Translations under genes and position numbers: made by a program
Notes under the pieces: generated by a model
What the model was told of the DNA's origin: nothing
Database searches by the model: none
Seen by the model: only the letters and a program-made list of their open reading frames with translations
IMG/VR virus record: IMGVR_UViG_3300011417_000318
Span: 1-28,842 of that record
Direction: 5' to 3' (one strand)
Source of the DNA: a virus
Lineage: Duplodnaviria; Caudoviricetes
DNA: 28,842 bases
In this document: positions 1-7,396 of the stretch, piece after piece
Layout of the letters: each line of letters starts with the position of its first letter
Numbering within the stretch: the first letter of the stretch is position 1

Positions 1-2
1 AA

Positions 3-86
3 GCTAAAATTCAGGAAGAAGTTAAATCACGTATCCAAGATGATAAGCTTACATGCTATTCCAGTATACTAATTCAAAATTTATGA
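3..86 (+). CDS. 3' end of an upstream gene, truncated by the window edge
   Basis: Frame 3 is open from the edge (AKIQEEVKSRIQDDKLTCYSSILIQNL*). Its TGA at 84-86 forms an ATGA overlap with the ATG at 83. Confidence 0.55.
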   Translation, partial: AKIQEEVKSRIQDDKLTCYSSILIQNL

Positions 87-970
87 CACCTGTAAACACA
101 CATGTTAACAAAGTACTTATTGATGCTGATAGTATGGTCTACATCCAAGCCTGGGATGTAAAAGAGTTAGAAAATAATCCTGAGAACTATGCGCTGGTGA
201 TTCACAAAACAGATGGATTTGTTAATAACATTTTGAATGCTACCAGAGCTGAGCGTTACATAGGTTTCCTGAAAGGTGCTCAGCCTACTTTCAGGCATAT
301 AGCTAACCCAGACTATAAAGCTAAGCGTAAAGGCAATAATGAATGGCTTGACAAGTGGGGAGCTGTGATTAAGCACAGATTGATTTCCAAGTGGGGATTT
401 ATCCAAGTTGAAGGTATGGAAGCAGAAGATGCTGTAAACATCATGGCTAATTGTACTGGTATTTCCCCTACGATAATAGCTCATATTGACAAAGATCTGG
501 ATCAGATCCCAGGCTTTCATTACAACTACAAAAAGCTTACTTCTTATACTGTAAACAAAAGCGAAGCAGAAAGAAATTTGTTTGTGCAGGTAGTGATGGG
601 AGACAACACAGACAATATTCCTGGCATTACTGGTGTAGGTGCAATTACTGCAAAAAGACTTTTAGCTGCTGGTCTTGCAGAATATCATTCTGTAGCACTG
701 GAAGCTTTTATACAAAACTATGGAGAGCGCAATGGTATTATCAGTTTTTATGAAAGCTACTTGATGTGCAAACTGTTAGATCAACCTTGTATGGGCTTTG
801 ACCCTAAAAATATAAAATGGGTAGATTTTGTTCCAGATGAAACTTCTATTCCTTCCCCGGAAGAGATTGTAATATCCTGGGAAGTTGATGTAGTACCACC
901 AGAAAAACCTGTAAAAGATTTTAACCCTACAAATTCACAACCAAATCATGAACACTACGACTACGAGTAA
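83..970 (+). CDS. 5'-3' exonuclease / flap endonuclease (T7 gp6 / T5 FEN / PolI 5'-nuclease family)
   Basis: Motifs LIDADS, FRH..NPDYKAKR, EGMEAEDAV, DKDLDQIPG and the helix-3-turn-helix GDNTDNIPGITGVG. Start moved from 53 to 83 because of the ATGA coupling. Confidence 0.93.
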   Translation: MTPVNTHVNKVLIDADSMVYIQAWDVKELENNPENYALVIHKTDGFVNNILNATRAERYIGFLKGAQPTFRHIANPDYKAKRKGNNEWLDKWGAVIKHRLISKWGFIQVEGMEAEDAVNIMANCTGISPTIIAHIDKDLDQIPGFHYNYKKLTSYTVNKSEAERNLFVQVVMGDNTDNIPGITGVGAITAKRLLAAGLAEYHSVALEAFIQNYGERNGIISFYESYLMCKLLDQPCMGFDPKNIKWVDFVPDETSIPSPEEIVISWEVDVVPPEKPVKDFNPTNSQPNHEHYDYE

Positions 971-1286
971 CCTTCCCAATACTTTATTTAACAGGATGAA
1001 CTTTTTGAAAGTTAATATTGAAAAGTTCAACATGAAGAATGTGGGTCAGCTTATACGAAAAGCTTATACAGCTAAGACGGGAAAGCAACCTGAGAAATTA
1101 AGTTTTATGGTAGATAATGCTGCGGGTAAACCTACTAAAAGAGACATCGCTGTTTATCCAGATCACTTTGTAGATGAATTAGATCAAATTATTATCAACT
1201 ATGCACAAGCCAACAAACCTAAAAGGAAAAGAATTAATCGCCAGCGTATCGGTTCCAGCTCGTCTCAAGGACGCCAAAAAAGATAA
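948..1286 (+). CDS. Hypothetical basic protein, possibly DNA-binding
   Basis: 112 aa. VGQLIRKAYTAKTGKQPEK...VYP loosely resembles phage antirepressor C-terminal segments; basic tail. Confidence 0.6.
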   Translation: MNTTTTSNLPNTLFNRMNFLKVNIEKFNMKNVGQLIRKAYTAKTGKQPEKLSFMVDNAAGKPTKRDIAVYPDHFVDELDQIIINYAQANKPKRKRINRQRIGSSSSQGRQKR

Positions 1287-1764
1287 GCGAGGGTATCCTA
1301 TCCCTTTCTTTATACCAATGGATGCAACTACTGGAGAACCTAACTTCAAGTACATGGATCCTACAAAACAGTTTTTATGTGTGACATTAGGCTTGTGCAT
1401 GATTTGTGGACAAAATTTAATTCCTCATGATTACTGGTACATCACAGGACCCCTGGGCAGAAAAAATCAATGTTGTTCAGATCCTGCCATGCACAAAGAA
1501 TGCGCTGAGTATAGCTTAAAAGTCTGTCCTCATATGCACTTTGAAAAAACAGACAGGACTACAGATGAATCTGTAGCGGATATGGGAGTTATTATTACTG
1601 CCAAACCTCCTGAAGTAAGGCTTATTAATGCCAGGAATTATACACTGTTCAGACAAAAACATTATACGATATCAAATTTTACTGATATCAAGTATGAGGA
1701 AAAATGGCATTACGTAAAAGGCGTGTTAATCAAAGACAAAAGCTTTAAACCTGATTGTTCATGA
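1201..1764 (+). CDS. Hypothetical Cys/His-rich (probably Zn-binding) phage protein
   Basis: 187 aa with RGYPIPFF, LCMICG, GP, PAMHKEC and CPH. Its stop forms an ATGA overlap with the next gene. Confidence 0.8.
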   Translation: MHKPTNLKGKELIASVSVPARLKDAKKDKRGYPIPFFIPMDATTGEPNFKYMDPTKQFLCVTLGLCMICGQNLIPHDYWYITGPLGRKNQCCSDPAMHKECAEYSLKVCPHMHFEKTDRTTDESVADMGVIITAKPPEVRLINARNYTLFRQKHYTISNFTDIKYEEKWHYVKGVLIKDKSFKPDCS

Positions 1765-2120
1765 AAACAATATTTAATCCAGAAAATAAAAATCAACTCA
1801 GCTATCATGAATCTTTAGGTCCAGCAATGGAAATTACAGAACAAGCTGATGCAGATCAATACAAAGAAGCAATGATTCAATTTATGCTGGCCCAAGATCC
1901 CGGTGTAACTAGAGAAACAGTTGAAAAAAACTGTAATAGTAATTTAGGTTACTATGCAGGTTACTACAGCAATGGAACAAGAGCCAGAGTTGAGAAATTG
2001 TTTAAATGCTCACATCCAATCTTTGGATCTATTAAAGACAATGGTGCTCCAACTGCTAAAGAAGCTTATCAAGCTGGTTTAGCTCTTGGTAAAAAATCAA
2101 AAAGTTATGAAAACAACTAA
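1761..2120 (+). CDS. Hypothetical protein
   Basis: ATG at 1761 overlaps the upstream TGA (ATGA). Contains NLGYYAGYY...HPIFG. Confidence 0.8.
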   Translation: MKTIFNPENKNQLSYHESLGPAMEITEQADADQYKEAMIQFMLAQDPGVTRETVEKNCNSNLGYYAGYYSNGTRARVEKLFKCSHPIFGSIKDNGAPTAKEAYQAGLALGKKSKSYENN

Positions 2121-2442
2121 CCTATATAAATTCTACATGCCGGAAGACTTTGTAGAAGTTATTCCTGATGATTTGTTTCAGTGGTTGCATACCAGTGTAG
2201 AAGTTGATATCTCTAAGTTAAGCACACTTGACGGCCTTGGTATTTTTATCCGGGAGAAACTGGATGTAGGCAAAGAAAAAGATATCAACATTGCTCTGGT
2301 AGCAGAATGGCACACTACAAAAAGTGACAGGGTAGTAAGTTTTTTAAGATACCATGTCTTCAAAGGTGATATGCCTGATAACTTACTAGATGATATCAAC
2401 TTCGTTGCAGCAAATACAAACAATCCTGTATGGGAGAAGTAG
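2107..2442 (+). CDS. Hypothetical protein
   Basis: ORF-track 2086..2442; the in-frame ATG at 2107 (MKTTN) fits operon packing better. Confidence 0.7.
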   Translation: MKTTNLYKFYMPEDFVEVIPDDLFQWLHTSVEVDISKLSTLDGLGIFIREKLDVGKEKDINIALVAEWHTTKSDRVVSFLRYHVFKGDMPDNLLDDINFVAANTNNPVWEK

Positions 2443-2807
2443 AAAAACTAACACCTGAAGACTTTGGGTTTTCAAAACTTGAAGAGCTAATGGAAGAAGA
2501 TTGGTTTCAATCCAGACCTCCTGACATTCAGAAGATGATTGTAAAGTATCCGCCAATAGTACTTTACAAGTTTAAAGATTCTGGCAAAGTAGTGTATTTA
2601 TATTCTTACTGTGAAGACGGTACAGTAACTGTAATACATCTTGGTTACGGAACTGAATTTGCTTTTATGTCACGCAACTGGAAAGTATTTGATGTAAAGC
2701 CTGAAGACCTGGAAGCGTTAACACCAGAAGAATCTGCCAGGATCATGAATGAAGTAAATGCTGGTCCTAAACCTAATCCTAATCTTAACGCTAATCCTAC
2801 GAACTAA
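2430..2807 (+). CDS. Hypothetical protein
   Basis: 125 aa, overlaps the previous gene and abuts the next. C-terminal PKPNPNLNANPTN is encoded by degenerate hexamer repeats. Confidence 0.75.
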   Translation: MGEVEKLTPEDFGFSKLEELMEEDWFQSRPPDIQKMIVKYPPIVLYKFKDSGKVVYLYSYCEDGTVTVIHLGYGTEFAFMSRNWKVFDVKPEDLEALTPEESARIMNEVNAGPKPNPNLNANPTN

Positions 2808-3020
2808 ATGATAAAAGCAATATTAACCAGTGGTGATTTGATATTTGGCTTAAGTAAAGTCAATATAGAAAAACTGCAGCAAGGCTTACCTATCCTGATA
2901 AATCTAAAAGATATGGGTTTAGAAGATCGCAAGATAGTAATAATCTACGGCGAGACTGAAGATGAAATCTTTAAAGACTTACCTTTTAATGTAGGCCCTA
3001 ACACTAAAATGAATTACTAA
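2808..3020 (+). CDS. Hypothetical protein
   Basis: 70 aa; directly follows the upstream TAA and overlaps the next gene by TAATG. Confidence 0.75.
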   Translation: MIKAILTSGDLIFGLSKVNIEKLQQGLPILINLKDMGLEDRKIVIIYGETEDEIFKDLPFNVGPNTKMNY

Positions 3021-3625
3021 TGGATCACACTCAAGATGTCAGTATTAATGGGCCAGGAAGTCCTGCCTCACTGAAAAAACTTATTAAATATGTAGTAGAT
3101 CCAAATGCTAAGGGTCCTGTAGTTTTCATAGACAACGGTGTGGGTATAGTCAAAGATGATCCTGATACTATTATCATTACCCCGGAAGATTGCAAAGCCC
3201 AGGCATTGTATTTTATTAACACTGTGTTCAAGAAAACTCCAAAGCCACCTTACTATGCTATCCGGCATTTATTGGCTTTATATGAAAGACCAGGATGTGG
3301 TTATGATTACAGCCATACTGGTAAGGCTAAATACCCTGACAATGAATCAGTAAAAATGGCTGCTACAACAGGAGGTATCAAAGAAGATGAAGACTACAAG
3401 TTCCTGGTCAACAAGTTTACCTATGGTGAGCATGATCCTGAGTTTTTACAGTTACTAGGCTTGATTCAGCTTGCTTCCGGTGCAGCGAAAAGTGGTGGAA
3501 GAATCTTCATAGACTATCCAGAAACTTTTTTACATCCAAAGCGAGAACGTATGGTAATAACAATGCTTGAAGAAATAAAACGCGATGCAGACCAATCCAG
3601 AAATCAAACTAGAGTCGAAGCCTGA
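3020..3625 (+). CDS. Degenerate ABC-type (AAA_21-like) ATPase-related protein
   Basis: C-terminal RIFIDYPETFLHPKRE resembles the Walker B/D-loop consensus hhhhDEPExxLHP. N-terminal VSINGPGSPAS lacks the Walker A GK[ST]. Confidence 0.6.
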   Translation: MDHTQDVSINGPGSPASLKKLIKYVVDPNAKGPVVFIDNGVGIVKDDPDTIIITPEDCKAQALYFINTVFKKTPKPPYYAIRHLLALYERPGCGYDYSHTGKAKYPDNESVKMAATTGGIKEDEDYKFLVNKFTYGEHDPEFLQLLGLIQLASGAAKSGGRIFIDYPETFLHPKRERMVITMLEEIKRDADQSRNQTRVEA

Positions 3626-3872
3626 GACAACCTATCCTCAGTGGTGGGGTTATCTCAGGCATGTAGACAAGCCTATTGTAATGAGTATTGGTGTATCACC
3701 AGATTTTGACGATGCTGTAGGAAATTGCAGCCCTTATAGGTACATCAAAGGACCTTTCAGAGCTAATAGTCAAGATGAAGCTTTAGAAATATATATAGCC
3801 TTGTTAAATCTTGATGAAGAATATCTTGCAGAATTTCTAAAACTGTATCTAAACAAACTCCAAAAAATATAG
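3585..3872 (+). CDS. Hypothetical protein
   Basis: 95-aa ORF in the co-directional gene array. Confidence 0.7.
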   Translation: MQTNPEIKLESKPETTYPQWWGYLRHVDKPIVMSIGVSPDFDDAVGNCSPYRYIKGPFRANSQDEALEIYIALLNLDEEYLAEFLKLYLNKLQKI

Positions 3873-3880
3873 ACCTGATT

Positions 3881-4252
3881 ATGCACACCTGGAAAAGAGA
3901 AGAGATCAAAGCAGATCCTGTAATGTCAAAATTACTTAAAGAAATATTAAAAATTCACAAAACTCCAGAGCATACTGCAAGAAACCTGTTGCATAAACAG
4001 CATATTCCTGATATCTGCGAGCTTACTACGTTGTACCTGGTTTTACCGGGAGAGAATCCAGGTAAGACTATATACTTGTGTTATGATACTAGTACTTGGA
4101 TTAGACCTGAACCTACACGAATAGGGTTTCCAACCCGGGTAGAAGCTATTACAGTATTTGATGATTTTGTAGAATACGAAACTGACAGGGTAAAACGCAT
4201 TGGAGCAGCAGATCCTGATGGTAGAGATGCTAGTACTTTAAATTTAAACTAA
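3881..4252 (+). CDS. Hypothetical protein
   Basis: 123-aa ORF, 8 nt after the previous stop. Confidence 0.75.
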   Translation: MHTWKREEIKADPVMSKLLKEILKIHKTPEHTARNLLHKQHIPDICELTTLYLVLPGENPGKTIYLCYDTSTWIRPEPTRIGFPTRVEAITVFDDFVEYETDRVKRIGAADPDGRDASTLNLN

Positions 4253-4253
4253 T

Positions 4254-4514
4254 ATGAAATCAATAGTAACTTCTCCAACACTTTGTCCTTTTTGCGGAGC
4301 TAAACTAAATAAAGCTACCCATCTTGAACAAAAGAGAACACCTAGACCTAGCGATATCACTGTCTGCTTCACTTGTTTAAATCCTTTAATTTTTGGTGAA
4401 GATTTAGCTCCTCGAAAGATGACTGATGAAGAATGGTTTGCTGTTTGTGATGATGAGGAATTATACAATGATTTTAAGCGTACTATTTCTCATCTTAAAT
4501 CAATAAAAAAATAA
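4254..4514 (+). CDS. Zinc-ribbon protein
   Basis: CPFC...CFTC pair in 86 aa. Confidence 0.75.
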   Translation: MKSIVTSPTLCPFCGAKLNKATHLEQKRTPRPSDITVCFTCLNPLIFGEDLAPRKMTDEEWFAVCDDEELYNDFKRTISHLKSIKK

Positions 4515-4518
4515 CATT

Positions 4519-4776
4519 ATGAAAACAGCACCCAATGGCAAAGAAGCTAAAACAAAAACTATTACAGTAAAGGTTGATGAGCAAAACCCGATAGATGTTA
4601 CCATCCTGGCTGAGCACATCATTGCAGTATCCGATGCGTTTCAGAAAATCAGTGATTCTAAGCTAACCCAAAGAGCAATAGTTTTACTAATTCATGACTT
4701 GTCAAAAGTTAACAAAGGCGACATTGAGTTAGTACTACATAATGCCAAACTTCTCAAGAAATACTTTACAAAATGA
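4519..4776 (+). CDS. Hypothetical protein
   Basis: 85 aa; ATGA overlap with the next gene. Confidence 0.75.
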   Translation: MKTAPNGKEAKTKTITVKVDEQNPIDVTILAEHIIAVSDAFQKISDSKLTQRAIVLLIHDLSKVNKGDIELVLHNAKLLKKYFTK

Positions 4777-5003
4777 CAACACCAGAAGCAGTAAGTCACT
4801 TGATTTCAGAACTTAAAAAAGATGAAGGTTATTACTATTCCTGGCAGGCAAATATTGCTATGGCTTTTAAAGATGAGTTTCATAGGCAAGCAGGTCAACC
4901 CGGAGAGGTTAAGCATGTTAACAGCGATGACATTCATGAAATTGCTAACCAGGCTGCAAAAAACTTTTTGAATCTTTTAATTTCAGATTGTGACAAACAG
5001 TAA
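4773..5003 (+). CDS. Hypothetical protein
   Basis: 76 aa; contains YYYSWQANIAMAF...IANQAAKNFL. Confidence 0.8.
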   Translation: MTTPEAVSHLISELKKDEGYYYSWQANIAMAFKDEFHRQAGQPGEVKHVNSDDIHEIANQAAKNFLNLLISDCDKQ

Positions 5004-5136
5004 AACTATAAAAGCTTTGGAAAAAAGGCTTGCTTTTCTAGTATGGAAAAACCTTACTGAAGGACTAACCTACATAGAGTACATTACTTTTGTAAAAATA
5101 AAAGAAAGAATAAAAAAACTACAAGCTGAGCTATAA
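4990..5136 (+). CDS. Small hypothetical protein, 48 aa (not in ORF track)
   Basis: GTG start; MTNSKTIKALEKRLAFLVWKNLTEGLTYIEYITFVKIKERIKKLQAEL; TAATG coupling to the next ORF. Confidence 0.5.
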   Translation: MTNSKTIKALEKRLAFLVWKNLTEGLTYIEYITFVKIKERIKKLQAEL

Positions 5137-5306
5137 TGCTGCTCCAAATTACCTATAAGCAATTATGTTTTGGCATAGAGATTACCGGAAATAAAGTAAC
5201 AGCTGCAGCTCCTTGTGCCAGATGGCAAATGGGTAAATCTGTTAGTGCTGTATTAAATTACTGGTTTCGTCGTGGTGCTACTATTAAAAAATTACATGAG
5301 TTATGA
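5136..5306 (+). CDS. Small hypothetical protein, 56 aa (not in ORF track)
   Basis: MLLQITYKQLCFGIEITGNKVTAAAPCARWQMGKSVSAVLNYWFRRGATIKKLHEL; coupled on both sides (TAATG, ATGA). Confidence 0.7.
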   Translation: MLLQITYKQLCFGIEITGNKVTAAAPCARWQMGKSVSAVLNYWFRRGATIKKLHEL

Positions 5307-5410
5307 TGTTACAAACTAAAATCCGAAATGCTGTATTTATACTGTGCTTTATAATCATTTTAACTATTCTTTCAATAGCAATGTTTGAAATGATTATAAG
5401 AATGACATAA
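5303..5410 (+). CDS. Single-TM microprotein, 35 aa (not in ORF track)
   Basis: MMLQTKIRNAVFILCFIIILTILSIAMFEMIIRMT; ATGA-coupled. Confidence 0.55.
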   Translation: MMLQTKIRNAVFILCFIIILTILSIAMFEMIIRMT

Positions 5411-5417
5411 AAAAACT

Positions 5418-5490
5418 GGTGTGCCTGGAGGGTCAAAGGGTCTTTACTTCTTGAGCGCTGTTTATTCCCTTTCAATCTGAAGGGCACATC
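5418..5490 (+). ncRNA. Candidate structured non-coding element, copy 1
   Basis: Intergenic. Outer stem GGTGTGCCT(5418-26)/GGGCACATC(5482-90) with G-U pairs; inner stem AAAGGG(5435-40)/CCCTTT(5467-72); shares GCTGTTTATTCC with the element at 7397-7481. Confidence 0.5.
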
Positions 5491-5508
5491 TTCTTTAACC
5501 CTTAGCTT

Positions 5509-5715
5509 ATGAGAACTGCAATTAGTTTAACTGACTTCATACAAACTACTTCAACTATTGAGTGTTCTAGTTGTAAAGCAATAGCTGGTACAGAAAATGA
5601 GTACGAGCCTGAAAGAGAATTCTATGATCTTGGCTGGAGAGCTACTAAAAATAATTGCTATTGTCCTAAATGTGCTAAGAAAAAACTATCCCAAAAAAAG
5701 TCTAACACAAAATGA
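5509..5715 (+). CDS. Small zinc-finger protein
   Basis: CSSC...GW...CPKC in 68 aa. Confidence 0.75.
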   Translation: MRTAISLTDFIQTTSTIECSSCKAIAGTENEYEPEREFYDLGWRATKNNCYCPKCAKKKLSQKKSNTK

Positions 5716-5879
5716 AAACTTATTTACTAGTTCAACCCTCACAAAATCCTCCTGGAAATCCTGGCGGAGTTGATCCCAGGGCAAACCCAGTACCTATAGC
5801 TGGTACAGGTATACTGCTCATTGCAGCAATACTGCTAGGCTTATACTTTCTTTGGAAACGAAAACAACTTCATAAATGA
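5712..5879 (+). CDS. Microprotein resembling a PEP-CTERM/PID-CTERM sorting signal, 55 aa (not in ORF track)
   Basis: MKTYLLVQPSQNPPGNPGGVDPRANPVPIAGTGILLIAAILLGLYFLWKRKQLHK: Pro/Gly linker, VPI motif, TM helix, basic tail. ATGA-coupled on both sides. Confidence 0.65.
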   Translation: MKTYLLVQPSQNPPGNPGGVDPRANPVPIAGTGILLIAAILLGLYFLWKRKQLHK

Positions 5880-6010
5880 GAACACTTGAATTGCTGCAGT
5901 ACCTGGTCTTCTTGATTTTTAGCCTGCTTTGTTGTGTAATGTTTGGCAGCCTTTGGGTGATCTTGAACTTACCAACATTGTTTTCCAAAAAAGCTGATTA
6001 CGAAGTATGA
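5876..6010 (+). CDS. Single-TM microprotein, 44 aa (not in ORF track)
   Basis: MRTLELLQYLVFLIFSLLCCVMFGSLWVILNLPTLFSKKADYEV; ATGA-coupled on both sides. Confidence 0.6.
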   Translation: MRTLELLQYLVFLIFSLLCCVMFGSLWVILNLPTLFSKKADYEV

Positions 6011-6099
6011 CTACATTACTGGTTGTAATAAGCTATTTATTTCTAGCCATTTTACTAGGAATATTTATAGGTGACATTTTAAAGAAAAACAAACACTAA
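6007..6099 (+). CDS. Single-TM microprotein, 30 aa (not in ORF track)
   Basis: MTTLLVVISYLFLAILLGIFIGDILKKNKH; ATGA-coupled. Confidence 0.6.
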   Translation: MTTLLVVISYLFLAILLGIFIGDILKKNKH

Positions 6100-6110
6100 A
6101 CTAACTAACT

Positions 6111-6323
6111 ATGACAACTCAAAAATTATCAAAAGAACATTTTCTTGAAGGTGACATCTCTGACAAAAGCCCAGAGTTTAAAGCGGGTGTAAAGTTTGGC
6201 GCTAATAACACTCTCGAAGAAGCCATTTTACTTTTACAAAGTAAATTTGGAGGTTACTCTCCAACAACTGTTACAGTGACAAAGATTTTGAAAAATATGA
6301 AAATTGAAGATCGTGGAGAATAA
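6111..6323 (+). CDS. Hypothetical protein
   Basis: 70 aa; A-rich leader ctaactaactATG. Confidence 0.7.
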   Translation: MTTQKLSKEHFLEGDISDKSPEFKAGVKFGANNTLEEAILLLQSKFGGYSPTTVTVTKILKNMKIEDRGE

Positions 6324-6492
6324 GATCTACATTTTTACCAAAGGGGAGGAGTTTATATTAATTACCTCCCCTCAGTCTTTGCACGAAATAACCCAGAAGA
6401 TGCCTCTTTCTGCCAGGTTATTTTCCATTACCAAAATGAAATCATTTTTACAATTAGCTGCTTTTATGCAATTCTACCATGAAAAACAATAA
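6313..6492 (+). CDS. Hypothetical protein
   Basis: ORF-track 6304..6492 (TTG start); the in-frame GTG at 6313 is also possible. Fills the gap in the array. Confidence 0.55.
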   Translation: MENKIYIFTKGEEFILITSPQSLHEITQKMPLSARLFSITKMKSFLQLAAFMQFYHEKQ

Positions 6493-6625
6493 CATAAAAA
6501 ACAAAAAATCATTCTGGAAAAGATTCTGGGATTTTATCTGTGGTCCTGTAACTCTGGATGCAGATGAAGAGCAAGCATGGCTTAATTCCAAGTACATTAA
6601 TCCAGACAATGATGGACAGAAGTAA
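6479..6625 (+). CDS. Small hypothetical protein, 48 aa (not in ORF track)
   Basis: MKNNNIKNKKSFWKRFWDFICGPVTLDADEEQAWLNSKYINPDNDGQK; KKSFWKRFW looks like an amphipathic helix. Confidence 0.55.
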   Translation: MKNNNIKNKKSFWKRFWDFICGPVTLDADEEQAWLNSKYINPDNDGQK

Positions 6626-6914
6626 TGAAGTTCAAGCAGTGCCCCATCATGTATCAGAAGATTGCTGGTTCAGCTGTCCTAAAAGTTCTGAAGGATGCTG
6701 CAATCCTGAAACACCCAAAGACAAATGTACTTGTGGTGCTGACCAGTACAATGCCTGGCTAGGTGAACTCAGGGCGCAGAAAGAAAGGTTGATGAGTGAA
6801 GTCGAAGAGCTGGTAACATTCTTACAAGAAGTTGATGACAAGGTAAAGCTTGGTAAGTATAATTTAAGATCTTATTACCTTCTTGCTAAATACAAACCAG
6901 ATGGAAAAACATAA
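6609..6914 (+). CDS. Cys-rich hypothetical protein
   Basis: HH..EDCWFSCPKSSEGCC...CTCGAD followed by a coiled coil. Start more likely at 6609/6612 than 6558 given the upstream 48-aa ORF. Confidence 0.7.
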   Translation: MMDRSNEVQAVPHHVSEDCWFSCPKSSEGCCNPETPKDKCTCGADQYNAWLGELRAQKERLMSEVEELVTFLQEVDDKVKLGKYNLRSYYLLAKYKPDGKT

Positions 6915-7149
6915 TCGTAAAAAAATTGGGATCACAGTAGATGCCTATAAACTTGCTAAATATCAGGAAGCTTTGGAAAAACTTGGTTTTGAGGAAAATG
7001 TTGATTTTGAATCAACTAAAATTCTCAGAGATGGTACAATGCTGATTGGTATTTTTGTTACAGAAAAAGAGTTTGTGAATACTACGCAGTTGATCCAGGA
7101 TATGTGTGTTAGGCTAGAATTGGCTTTCAAACAGAAACATTCATTATAA
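6901..7149 (+). CDS. Hypothetical protein
   Basis: ORF-track 6883..7149; in-frame ATG at 6901 (MEKHNRKK). Confidence 0.7.
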   Translation: MEKHNRKKIGITVDAYKLAKYQEALEKLGFEENVDFESTKILRDGTMLIGIFVTEKEFVNTTQLIQDMCVRLELAFKQKHSL

Positions 7150-7160
7150 ACCCCAAAGCA

Positions 7161-7379
7161 ATGGATCCATTTCAACAACCTGATGATGTATCTCCCTGGT
7201 ACTATATCAGAAAACTTATTCAGTGTATGCTAGTTGGAGCTATTATAGCATTGACTTTTATACTGGTTCCTATGCTCATGTCTCATTTACGCACTACACA
7301 GGAAATGATTTACGGGGTATATGCGATTGTGATACTTACTTTCATACTTGCAGTGCTTTGTCTTAAATTAAAATTTTAA
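7161..7379 (+). CDS. Small two-TM membrane protein
   Basis: 72 aa with two hydrophobic stretches (LVGAIIALTFILVPMLM; IYGVYAIVILTFILAVLCL). Confidence 0.75.
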   Translation: MDPFQQPDDVSPWYYIRKLIQCMLVGAIIALTFILVPMLMSHLRTTQEMIYGVYAIVILTFILAVLCLKLKF

Positions 7380-7396
7380 AAATTATGAAGACTAAC

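Noticed and set aside
1149-1159. GCTGTTTATCC, a near match to the shared intergenic core; GCTGTTTATT also occurs on the - strand at 20230-20239
   Set aside because: Both lie inside coding sequence and lack the GGTCTT part and the flanking stems; plausible chance matches in AT-rich DNA.
2766-2804. Degenerate CCTAAT-like hexamer repeat
   Set aside because: It only encodes a low-complexity PNPN tail; it is not CRISPR-like, and no repeat-spacer array was seen anywhere in the window.
5418-5490. Possible tRNA: 73 nt with an acceptor-like stem and TTCAATC
   Set aside because: There is no pairing anticodon stem, the T-loop-like sequence is not enclosed by a proper T stem, and there is no CCA. Kept only as a structured-element candidate.
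7161-7379. Possible holin
   Set aside because: It has two TM helices but no adjacent endolysin or spanin and lies in an early-type gene array.
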